Assembly: GCA_965655095.1 (NCBI GenBank)
Contig: OZ296659.1
Coordinates: 2,356,001 to 2,420,000 of the forward strand
Source: Haplodiscus bocki
Taxonomy: Eukaryota
DNA length: 64,000 nucleotides
Direction: 5' to 3'
Below the pieces are notes generated by a model. That model did not search any database. It saw only the letters and a list, made by a program, of their open reading frames with translations, and had not been told where the DNA came from. Shown here piece after piece: positions 35,424 through 44,900 of this stretch. How positions within the stretch are numbered: the first letter of the stretch is position 1; each line of letters starts with the position of its first letter. The position numbers and the translations under genes are program-made.

Positions 35424-36077
35424 TTAGTATAATCGCAGCCATTTGGCGGTCGAGCAGCTTCCAACTTCTTCGATTTCATTGCTATCATAACGCGCCACTT
35501 CCGTTGATACACGTTTTGCATTCGTGTTGGCGAGTAGAAAGGTGGGCAATTTCAGTCGCTTGACTAAATCTAGGGTGGTTTCGCTTAGGTTTTTTGTTGT
35601 TGTTTGCAGGTCATTTAGAAAGTCAAAAACTGTTAGACCAAGATCCCTGTCATGAAGAAGCAGTCGACTTGAGTCGCGATCGATCGATACGACATTACAT
35701 TGATCAATTTTTTGGAGAATTTGTCGTGCCCGCTCAACTTTTCCGCCCGAGAGTCCCGACGATAACAAATCCAGAACAATTTTGTCCGTTTTCGCAATCG
35801 TTTTGGTTCTGTCGGCTATTGTATCATCAAGCGTCGCTTCCTTCCGCTTTTGTGTCTGTGCCAATCTAGAATTCAAGTTTAATTGAGCACAAAGCTTTCC
35901 TTCGTCAAACTGCGATGTGTTACCGTTCTGTACAGCGCCACACGCGTTCAAATTGTCTTGAATGGTGACGTCTAGGTTTGTGCTTTTCGATTCAATTGGC
36001 GGTTGTTCGTGGACCGGAATTTTCGAGGATAATAAACACGTGTATTCATCCAACGTTATCAAAACGAACTCTTTCAT
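35424..36077 (-). CDS. Polinton protein of unknown function downstream of PW, 217 aa
   Basis: Intact ATG ORF packed 1 nt after the PW stop; MKEFVLITLDEY N-terminus and helical C-terminal block resemble the ORF that usually follows PW. Confidence 0.7.
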   Translation of the reverse strand: MKEFVLITLDEYTCLLSSKIPVHEQPPIESKSTNLDVTIQDNLNACGAVQNGNTSQFDEGKLCAQLNLNSRLAQTQKRKEATLDDTIADRTKTIAKTDKIVLDLLSSGLSGGKVERARQILQKIDQCNVVSIDRDSSRLLLHDRDLGLTVFDFLNDLQTTTKNLSETTLDLVKRLKLPTFLLANTNAKRVSTEVARYDSNEIEEVGSCSTAKWLRLY

Positions 36078-36078
36078 G

Positions 36079-36411
36079 CTACTGTTTTACAACGATTCGT
36101 TTCCTCAAATGAAGCAGAACCGAGGACTGAATCAGATTTAAGAGTTTGATACCCCTCTTGGAAGCTAGAAGCTGGCGTTTCTTATTAATCTTGCTCTTTT
36201 TCTTACAGAGAAAGTCAATGTCGGCCTCATGCCTCTTCAGCTTCTTTTGTGATACGTTCGCAGTCATCTTTATTTCACCATGTACAACGTTGAAAAGACA
36301 ATTGCAGAAAAATTTAACAATTTCAATGGAACAGTGTAGAATGAACATTTGCTTCAAAACAGGTTTCATTTTACTGAATATTTCAAGTGTATAAAAGTCG
36401 CGTTGACTCAT
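36079..36411 (-). CDS. Polinton PW-like small basic protein, 110 aa
   Basis: FFCNCLFNVVHGEI...KKLKRH...KKRQLL..KRGIKLL pattern of PW; adjacent to the ATPase. Confidence 0.78.
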   Translation of the reverse strand: MSQRDFYTLEIFSKMKPVLKQMFILHCSIEIVKFFCNCLFNVVHGEIKMTANVSQKKLKRHEADIDFLCKKKSKINKKRQLLASKRGIKLLNLIQSSVLLHLRKRIVVKQ

Positions 36412-37084
36412 CGTTAACGATTTCTTTCGTTAAATTTGTGGAAATATAAAATACAGTAGGCTGAGAGCCAGTACAGTTTGAGCAATACTTCAATTTGGGG
36501 TCTGTCTGTGGGTCCAAATCAATTAACAAGTGACCAAACTGTTTATGGGTCGCTCTTTTATACGCCTCCAAGAGAAGTTTTCTGTCACCCAGCTGTCTAC
36601 CTAACACCCCAATTTGCTCAACGTCACGAGGACTTTTGAAAAGAATCATTTGCGTTACATTGAGGTCAATCGTTTTTGAGTTTTTTGCTGGTTGGTAAAG
36701 ATTGTGTCTTAAAGTCATCAAATGTATATTACGGTGTCTCCCAGCAACAACCAAGTTCAGAAAAGTAGCATCTTCGCAGGCATCTTGATATAAATCATCG
36801 ATAACCACTAGCGTTCTCCACTTCGCAGCCTCACTTTTATCTACTGCGGCCCATTGAAGTCCTTGATGAAATTCGATTGATATCTTTTCGCGTGTACATC
36901 CCAATAAAAGTGATTCGTAATGAGGTTGGAAGTGTTTGTAAAGGTACAAAATATTCTCGAAGCTCGGCTTGAAAATGTTTTTTTGATTGAGAATTATTTG
37001 AGACACCAAATGAGTTTTACCACAACCACCCGGACCCACGATCGAAATGAAACAATGAGGGTTCGTATAAATTTTTTTGTTCAT
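36383..37084 (-). CDS. A32/FtsK-like genome packaging ATPase, ~233 aa
   Basis: Walker A GPGGCGKT, Walker B LVVIDDL, GRHRNIH (Arg finger), LFKSPRD, FGHLLIDL; ATG at 37084. Confidence 0.94.
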   Translation of the reverse strand: MNKKIYTNPHCFISIVGPGGCGKTHLVSQIILNQKNIFKPSFENILYLYKHFQPHYESLLLGCTREKISIEFHQGLQWAAVDKSEAAKWRTLVVIDDLYQDACEDATFLNLVVAGRHRNIHLMTLRHNLYQPAKNSKTIDLNVTQMILFKSPRDVEQIGVLGRQLGDRKLLLEAYKRATHKQFGHLLIDLDPQTDPKLKYCSNCTGSQPTVFYISTNLTKEIVNDESTRLLYT

Positions 37085-37377
37085 GCTTTTGGACCAGGGA
37101 TGATGTATCCAACGCAAGCCGATAGTAATGCTAGTACTCCAGAATGATAGTTTGTTTGCAAGCTTAGCGCCAAATAGCCGATACTAAACAAAACGACCAC
37201 AAAGATGATCAGATAGTGTAGTGCCAGAATTAAAAAAGCTCTGTTGCATGTTGTTTTTTTTTCGAAACAGCATAAATTCACTTCAAATGGAGATCTCTCT
37301 TTCCTTTGCTCGTCAAAAATAACGCTTTCGATATTGATAGAGTCAGGAAAGTCAATACTGGAGCGACTGTTATTCAT
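37081..37377 (-). CDS. Small two-transmembrane-helix protein, 98 aa
   Basis: Hydrophobic segments FLILALHYLIIFVVVLFSIGYLAL and GVLALLSACVGYIIPGP; ATGA overlaps with both neighbours. Confidence 0.78.
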   Translation of the reverse strand: MNNSRSSIDFPDSINIESVIFDEQRKERSPFEVNLCCFEKKTTCNRAFLILALHYLIIFVVVLFSIGYLALSLQTNYHSGVLALLSACVGYIIPGPKA

Positions 37378-37625
37378 TGATGATGCTCAATATTGAATTG
37401 ATGTCCGGCCAAGTTCAACAAAACATCCAAAATTTGGTAGAGTCGTTGCAATTCAATCAAATTCAGATGAACTCGATTCAAGATATTTCTGTTTTTTGAA
37501 CTGGCAAGAGTAGGTTGCTCTAGACAGACTAATGTTGTTTTGGGATTCAATCGGCCAGTTAAATTTGTTGTGCTTGAGATGGGGATGGAGATTGAAGTTT
37601 CGACGTAGGACTGGACGACTGACAT
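37374..37625 (-). CDS. Hypothetical protein, 83 aa
   Basis: ATG ORF within the tightly packed gene block; its stop overlaps the next ATG (ATGA). Confidence 0.6.
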   Translation of the reverse strand: MSVVQSYVETSISIPISSTTNLTGRLNPKTTLVCLEQPTLASSKNRNILNRVHLNLIELQRLYQILDVLLNLAGHQFNIEHHQ

Positions 37626-37649
37626 CTGTGGAGACTAAATTTGAAATGA

Positions 37650-38066
37650 TTAAAGACAGTATTTCTTGTAGTCTGAGCTTTTGTAAACTTTCATGTGAAA
37701 CCAGTAAGCGAGGCCAGTGATATGTCCTAAGAACATACTGTTTGCGAAAATGGGTTTCTCTGAGAGTGCATAAACGTAACCAGGTCCCACGTTATAATTA
37801 CTTTTCATGAATCCAAAAGCATCGTGAAAAATTGCATGGAGCCGAAATAGTTTAAAATACGTGAAATATCTATCCAGAAAGCTGTTCCCTGGTCCTATAA
37901 GACCTCCAAACTCAGCCATTTCATTGACGAAATGCAGGTTTACTTCTTTGTTTATACTGTAACATACTGCTAAAAAAGCGTTTTTGCGTCGAGAGTTTTT
38001 GGGGAAGAGAAAAGTTATCATATTTAACGTACACTCCAATTCATTGGCAGTTAAAATAGTGCGCAT
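37650..38066 (-). CDS. Parvovirus-type phospholipase A2-like protein (PLA2X-like)
   Basis: GGLIGPGNS (Ca-loop-like GPGN) followed by LHAIFHDAFGF (HD catalytic pair). Start uncertain (38135, 38105 or 38066). Confidence 0.6.
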   Translation of the reverse strand: MRTILTANELECTLNMITFLFPKNSRRKNAFLAVCYSINKEVNLHFVNEMAEFGGLIGPGNSFLDRYFTYFKLFRLHAIFHDAFGFMKSNYNVGPGYVYALSEKPIFANSMFLGHITGLAYWFHMKVYKSSDYKKYCL

Positions 38067-38131
38067 TTTGTAATACTCAAATGTGAAGTGAAAATTCAAC
38101 TGCATTGAATGAAGTTTAAATGGAAAGTGAT

Positions 38132-38980
38132 TCAAGGAAACTGTGTATTCTCATCAAAAAATGTGAACAAATTTGAATGATACTCAAAATCATCTCGATT
38201 GACGCGTGAAATAGTTATGTTTTGTTCTTCAACACATTCAAAACAATAGCATTGTGCATTGGAACATCCCAAATCTACTTTCAATGTGTTGCTGTGATGT
38301 GAAGCTTCTATTGTCCCAAAACCACGCATAAGAATGTCTATATAGTCCACAACAGAATCTTTGAAAACTGCATCGGATTTTTGTAGTTGCAGTAATTTAT
38401 TACACAAATGAGCAACTCTGTCTGTGTCGTCCATGCCTTTGAATGGTGAATAGCTTTCGCGTTGGAACTCCCAAATAACTTTGTACTGACAGCCCAAATC
38501 GAAAGTCACCTGAGAGGTCGATATCATGCCCAGCCTGTCACCGTATATTCGAAGACTGCTGGACGAACTTTTCATTTCCATCTTTAAACATAATTCAGGA
38601 TAGGTGACACTGTACAGCCTGACATTACAGTCTTTTAGTCCGTTTTTCTCGAGTGTCATCGCTAAAGCTTTTTTGAAATAGGACTCTGCTCCAACGAAAG
38701 TCTTGATATAAAAAAGTAAGTGGAAATGGGGAAGAGTTATTCCTGAACAGATATCTTCACAGCCATGCGCGTGGAGTCTTAGAGTGTATTCACAGTTCGT
38801 TGAAGCAACAATTGTTTTGATAACTTCACTGAGTGTTCTTGGTAAATCAAAGTCAATCGTTTCAGCATATGTTTTCGCGCTGTTTGAGGGTGATGGAATT
38901 GGATCTGCTGCGGAATCCTCCTCGCAGTAAAATATCAAGTAATAGAAGTTGCTGGGCATTTCACGAAAGATACTTGTCAT
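38132..38980 (-). CDS. Protein with a putative HUH-endonuclease fold plus a C-terminal Cys cluster, ~282 aa
   Basis: ATG in a good Kozak context (ccgccATG); motif LPHFHLLF; C-terminal CSNAQCYCFEC. The ORF is solid; the fold assignment is inference. Confidence 0.6.
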   Translation of the reverse strand: MTSIFREMPSNFYYLIFYCEEDSAADPIPSPSNSAKTYAETIDFDLPRTLSEVIKTIVASTNCEYTLRLHAHGCEDICSGITLPHFHLLFYIKTFVGAESYFKKALAMTLEKNGLKDCNVRLYSVTYPELCLKMEMKSSSSSLRIYGDRLGMISTSQVTFDLGCQYKVIWEFQRESYSPFKGMDDTDRVAHLCNKLLQLQKSDAVFKDSVVDYIDILMRGFGTIEASHHSNTLKVDLGCSNAQCYCFECVEEQNITISRVNRDDFEYHSNLFTFFDENTQFP

Positions 38981-39414
38981 GGCGGAGGCGTTTGGATAAA
39001 TGGCGACTACTTTTGTCACAATTCTCAGCAGATCTTAGCTCGGTTATGTAATGTTTTCTTTCCACTTCTGTGGAATTTTCCATGAAACCAAAAGAGTTTC
39101 TAGCACAGTCCCGGTCTCCGTCGATGTTGTTGGAAATCCGCGGCGTCAGCGGCGGCAGGAGTGCGTGTTAGGGTCTGTGCTAGAAACCCCTTTAAAACAG
39201 TCAATTTGGTGGTATACCGTGGTAAAAACTCTTTTTACCTCTGTATACCACATTACAAAATTCGTTACTTTCATCTCAATTATTCATTATTTTACTGGGT
39301 TCTGAGGCATGCTGAGTTAATGGTGAGTTTTGGAAATTTTCTGCTACATGTTGCTTTCATTCTTTAATAGAAGTTTTGTTATTATCTTAACATTACGTTG
39401 ACTAAGTTAGGTCC

Positions 39415-39603
39415 ATGTTTATTCAGCTGTCAGCCGGCTGTCAAATCTAATTTGGGCTCGCTTTTGTGGTTTCACCTGTCATTAAGCTGTCAGATAAGTT
39501 TTCTTAATCGATATACTGCAAAAATTTCTTAATTGTGCAAAAGTTGCAAAGGAGCCAAAATAGCACTAAACCCCCCCCCCCCCCCCCCCCTTACAATACT
39601 ACT
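39415..39603 (-). repeat. Right terminal inverted repeat of the Polinton
   Basis: Reverse complement of the left TIR; the C tract is 20 nt (39571-39590) versus G9 on the left. Confidence 0.93.
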
Positions 39604-39671
39604 ATTGGCCATTTTTGTTTTTTTTTCAAAAAAAAACGAAGCTTTCGTTTCAACAAAGTAATTTCACTAAC

Positions 39672-39967
39672 AAACGAAGGTCTCCACGACACTGCAGTTG
39701 CTTCCACAATGTGTACAAATATGCACACTTTTGCCCCCTCCTCCCCCTCCTTTTCCACCTCCACCGGTTCGTTTCCGGTTGGTAGCTTTGGTGACATCAC
39801 ACCCCGATTCTGATTGGCTAGAAGAGACGGAGACGTCTTTGGATTCTCCCCCTCCTGTGTCAGATGAAGAGTTGTTTGAAGTAGCAGGAGGCTCCAAATC
39901 GTTTTCAATTTCTGCAACAGGTACAGAACAAGCATATTTGAAGTTCATGTCAGCTCCATTCAAAACC
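39672..39967 (-). CDS. CLPX: Host mitochondrial ClpX (Clp protease ATP-binding subunit), exon encoding the Gly-rich linker and first half of the C4 zinc finger
   Basis: Translates ...GGKGGGGGGKSVHICTHCGSNCSVVETFV, matching metazoan CLPX [24 protein letters not shown]. Donor GTTAGT begins at 39671 (phase 1). The acceptor (tttcaaag, ending 39968) is less certain. Confidence 0.85.
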
Positions 39968-40318
39968 CTTTGAAAGTTCGAAGTGAAAAATGCCAAATCA
40001 AATCAACTATTTTCTGAAATTTTCTCACCCACCAGCCAAAAAATTCAGTGGTTTTTCTTTGAAATGGTAAAAGTTGCATTCATAACAAGATTGTCGATTG
40101 ATAGAAACGTTTCCCAAAATCATTTCCATTATTGTTTGAGCAATGCGCGATATTTGAGCAAAATTCACATAATTCGATCATTAAGGTGCAAAAAAATTCT
40201 GCCACGTTGCCATCTATTTCAAATGGAAGAAAACTAACACTGCAACCTTTCCTATCAATAGTCCATGGATCGTTAATGAAATTTCTGTGTGGGGAAGCAA
40301 AAAAACAGCCGGAAATAC

Positions 40319-40505
40319 TTATTTGTTTTCTCTGTGTATGAAGTGGATTTAGTGAAAGGATTTTGCCCACCAACGGCGATTCCTGCGTCAGAACTATTGT
40401 TGTGTTTATCTTTATCTCCGTCAGTAGTTCTGGAAAGACATCGGCTGATACTTAGATTTCTCTGCAGCAGAAATTGATTGCCGACATCTAATTGTCTGAG
40501 ACAAC
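40319..40505 (-). CDS. CLPX: Probable upstream CLPX exon (mitochondrial presequence region)
   Basis: tgtag acceptor; open frame GCLRQLDVGNQFLLQRNLSISRCLSRTTDGDKDK... resembles a presequence/cleavage region. A GTATTT donor gives phase 2, matching the next exon. Sequence conservation is weak. Confidence 0.5.
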
Positions 40506-40574
40506 CTACAACACAGAATACATCACAGAAGACGCTCCTGTAGAAACAAGATATTTTCGCACACTAAAACGTTA

Positions 40575-41008
40575 AACACAGAAGCGGAGCGAAACTTCGC
40601 AATACATTCTGACTTGTCCGTTGAGACCACGGATTCCGGAAGAAATTTGAAACCATGATCGGAGATATAATTGACACTTATGAAAATATTGAATCAACTG
40701 TCATTCAAAATTTTGTTCGGAAAAGTCAAATTGCGGTAAGTATTTGTCACAGGGTCTCATACTCGAAACTTTGATATGTCAATCATGTTTTTTCAGGTTA
40801 CGCCATTTTGTCACCCCATGTTTGAGAAGTTTTCACAGCAAATAATGCGAAGATGAACAAGTAGCTGCGAAATAGTAAGTTTTCGACCGTTTACATTAGA
40901 TGACTAGACTCTCTGATGAGATTTAAAAAATGCAGGTTTTGGACAGGATAAAAAAGGATAAGCATTGGTCGTTTTCAATACACATGCCTCCTTTCAGTCA
41001 GAATGTGT
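40575..41008 (+). repeat. Interspersed repeat family B, second copy
   Basis: Colinear with 15543-15968. Confidence 0.8.
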
Positions 41009-41503
41009 AAAAGAGGGCCGGCCGATCAACATGTAAAACAAGCGAGAAAGGAAGATTAAATATTAGAGATTAGAATCGAAACTTCTCCAAAACATTAAGA
41101 GAAAAGAATCAAGAAATTACATCGACTCTGACATCGCTCAGCCAAGTTCATTTTCGAAAGTTTTGACTCGTATTTTAAGAGTTACAGCTAATGCTCCGTT
41201 TCATAAAGATCAGAACCTTGAGAGTGTTAAAAAAATTCCTAAAATAATTCTTAGAAAATAGGGCTTATTATTCATGTGAAAACTTTACCTTTCTGTCTTT
41301 GGTACATATTGAAACTTGAAAGAAACGACATCTGAACAGATCATGTGCTGAGAAGGTTGCAAGGAAGGAACTTGGGAGTTAGCATGACTTGTAATTTTCT
41401 TCCCTGCAAAGTTGTTTAAACACGGAAGTTTTGCAAGATTGCAAATTCAAAGATGAAAATGGCTGTTATAATTCTCTGACAATCTCATGCACCGGTTGCC
41501 GAT

Positions 41504-41782
41504 AAAGCCTACGGACGGGTGGCAGCAGGACAAAGCCTACGGACTGGGGCAGCAGCACAAAGTCTACGGACGGGGGGGGGGGCACAGCAGAAGCCTACGG
41601 ATGGGGGGGGGGCACAGCAGCAACCTACGGACGGGGGGGGGGGGGCAGCAGCACAAAGCCTGCAGACAAATGGGCAGCAGAAAGACTACACGCGGGAGGG
41701 GCAGCTGCACAAGGCCTACTGGCGAAAGGGGGTCAGCAGCACGCAGCCCACTGACTAGTGGCAGCAGAAAAACCACTGACTG
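41504..41782 (+). repeat. Minisatellite, ~9 units of 27-35 bp with a variable G tract
   Basis: Unit AAGCCTACGGAC-G(n)-CAGCAGCAC, degenerating toward the 3' end. Confidence 0.88.
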
Positions 41783-41906
41783 ATTGGACAGACTCGAAAA
41801 TAGCATAAAAAGCTAGATAAGACGCCCAGCTACCAGCAGCATAAATTTCGCCCTCCCAGTTTGTTGAAGATTCCAGTAGTATACATAGAGGAGGGTTACC
41901 GGTTTC

Positions 41907-44900
41907 ATGCTCACTGGATCACCGGAGTAGAATGGCAATTTTTAGTCCACATCAGAAGACCGTCAAACTAATGAAGGTCACCATTTTCATCCTAGGTTAT
42001 TCGTACTCTGCGAACGCTCGATTTAGCTTCATGACAACTTTGACAGCTTCTCAAATCTTGATTCCTATAATTAGTTTCTACTTCAACTATCGGATGAAAA
42101 TTGCAACTTTGATGTCATTGTTCTTTTCTGCTCAACCTTAGTCAATTTCTTACTGAAATACAAGCCATGCTTCAACGTAATCCACCGGCAGAAACTGAAG
42201 GCCTAATTAGCTTCTATAAAAAAGGTTCTTTCAAATTCTTCCAGAAAAAAGTAGCTGAACATGAAAACACTGCACCCCATGAAAAACTACAATACTGCTA
42301 TCTACTTCTTCGACCAGTGAAACCGACCATTCTACTTATACGACAAGTGAAATCAACAATTCTCCATTTATCTGACCGTCGAAATGGACAAAAATCTACA
42401 GAAATATTGCAGTTGAGTAACATTAGACATTCGGACGTCCGGATAAAGCCAACACCCAGAGCTACCGGAGTTTCATTTGAATTTTTGACAGTTTGCTCAA
42501 ATTGTTTCAAGTTTCAGATCGAACGATCAACTGTTGAATTCAATCAACGGATTCACACATGTCATTTCAAACCATGAAACAATTGTTGATGCGTTGAACC
42601 AAAAAACAGAAATTGCTTCAGGAAACTTCTCGTTAGCAATTCGATTATCAAGTTGTTTTCGAACTAATTTTAAATTGATATCTGAATTTCTGCATCAGAT
42701 GTCATCGAAAGGGAGAGCAGACCCGTAAATTTAATGGTGCCGAATAGCAATTTAAGGAATGAAAAATAGAAAAGACTCTACTGGGAGAAACCACAAACGA
42801 ACCATGAAAATACCCGCTCCATTTGAGCTGTTGCATATTGGTATTATGCGTCAAAAATGTGGGTGTTCCAAACAGCAAAATTTCCTGCCCGACTGAAAAT
42901 ATTGAACTCTGAGCTTTCCCTTTTGCTTTGTGCCTTCCCTTACCCAATCGAGAAAGGCTTCTTGATTCTGTTTAGGGGTCGAAGTGCGCAGTGCAATCTA
43001 ATCTGGAAATCTGCTCAAACTTTCAAAAGACAGTGTATTTCAGAGGGCAACAAAGGTTGATGCAAACTTTGACCACAGCAGCGAGTGGGTCCTATACCGC
43101 TGAGCTTGCGACGATCTTGGCTAACCTCTCAACTACAGTACCTTGAACAAAAGAACAACTACGGCCTTGTTTTGCTTTGCCAACTTCTTTGTGGTAGATT
43201 TTTCCTTGTGGTAGAAAATTCATTCAGTGTAACGAAGCAGGCCAATTTTTCGTTTTCGAAAGACTATTGAAGGGAAGTTCGGACGCGTTTTTAACTTAAC
43301 CATCATAGATTCAACCTTCTGAAAGTAAACCAAATTTCAAAGTTGCCAGAGCAAGTGGACTTTTCTAAATGCAGACGCTAGTTGCCTTTCGCAGTAGCTT
43401 TCAATTTATGTCTCAGCGTCTTACAACTGAACGGAAACCATATGAGCAGAGACTTTGTGGGTCTAACCAAGACAAAGTTCAACACGCTGGCCGTAAAAAA
43501 AGGGATCCCTCCGTATCAGCTATGTAGTAGGCTTCACTGAGTTTGAAAAACGGTGCCTCGCCTCTAGTACGAGGTTGGTGTATTTGATTTCAAACTAAGT
43601 GGGTAGTATGGCAAAAGTGCCCAACCCTAAAAAAAGTGTCCCTGATCTCTAATGATCAAGGCCCCTCGAAATCACTTGCGTTTCATTGCATTTTCATGTT
43701 CTTGTTCACGATCTCTTCTGTGGGAAGGAAAGAGAAAATCACCAAAGTTAGAAACAACGCTTGGTTTTCATATGTTTCAACATCAAGTACATACGGCACA
43801 CTCATTCAGAGTTCTGTCACGAGAACACTCGGATCGAGGACTGAGAATGTGCCATGTTTGTTTCTCGGCATTCCTCAATCAATACCAAAACGACTGCACA
43901 AGACTCAAAGTCAAAAGCAAGAGTACTTTTCCACAAAAACAAACGGAGGCTGGAGAAATGAATGTAGTGGAAGAGTGTAGACAGAATATTTCAATCAGTC
44001 GATTGATTTAATTTTCCTTTGGATCATTGACCATTGGAAAGGAAATCAAGTCAATTGGTATCTTCTCGAAAACATTACAATTTTAAGGAAAGTGAAGAAC
44101 TGCAAAATTGCGGGCGATTAGGGAAGCAAAGAGATCAACACTATTTTATCTTTATTTTTTGCTACAAAAAAAGCACCTACATACAGCACAAAGTTTTCCT
44201 TCCCCATTATGTCTACTGTATACAAAAGTAGATCTTTGTTCCGGCCTTTGATAAAGTCGGCATTGCTCGCCAGATAAGTCACAAACGGCAATCAACTTTT
44301 ATGTTTTCTCCATTTTCGACAGAAGGTTCAGTATCTCTTCGAGAACACTCAGTTTGTGGTCAACCAAGAGTGCTGCAAACAAAACTATGCGGTTTCAGTC
44401 GGCCGTTTTTACACAAAACGATGCGAAGTGATCGAAAAGCTGATTTTCGTCAATGCCTAGGAGCAGTAACTTTCTCAAAAGATTCGATCAGTATTTCGTT
44501 ATATCAAACCCTTTCATTCTCTGGTTCAACTACCAATCGCTAACCTAAAATTCTCCCAGTCAGCATTGCGTCTTTCCTGTCTAGATTGGGCAACTTTTAT
44601 GTTTTGATGGCTGGAAGTTGTTTTCCATCGTCATTCGCTACTGAGTCAGCATTGTCTCGCGTATCCGATGAACGCTTGATCGAATGAAACGGAACTCACA
44701 GCCCCTTTTTATGTTCCTGTAGCTCCGAAACCAATCTCGGTATTTTCACTGAACATGGTTTCTGCGACAAGCTTAACTCTACTGAATGTGCTCTTCAAAT
44801 AAACTGAAAGCAATACGTTCACTTTCAAGCTTCTCACTGGCAAAAAAAAACCAACTAAAAGTGACTCTAAAACCAATCCGAGGTATTTGGTGGCCTGAGA

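Larger units (their letters stand above)
24699..39603. mobile_element. Full-length Polinton/Maverick (polintovirus/adintovirus-like) endogenous element, 14,905 bp
   Basis: Termini 5'-AGTAGTATTGTAA...TTACAATACTACT-3'; perfect 6-bp TSD ATTGGC at 24693-24698 and 39604-39609; TIRs; pPolB, RVE integrase, ATPase, MCP, mCP and protease ORFs all present. Confidence 0.97.

Noticed and set aside
41504-41782. CRISPR-like repeat-spacer appearance
   Set aside because: The 'spacers' are only G tracts, the context is eukaryotic, and there are no cas genes.
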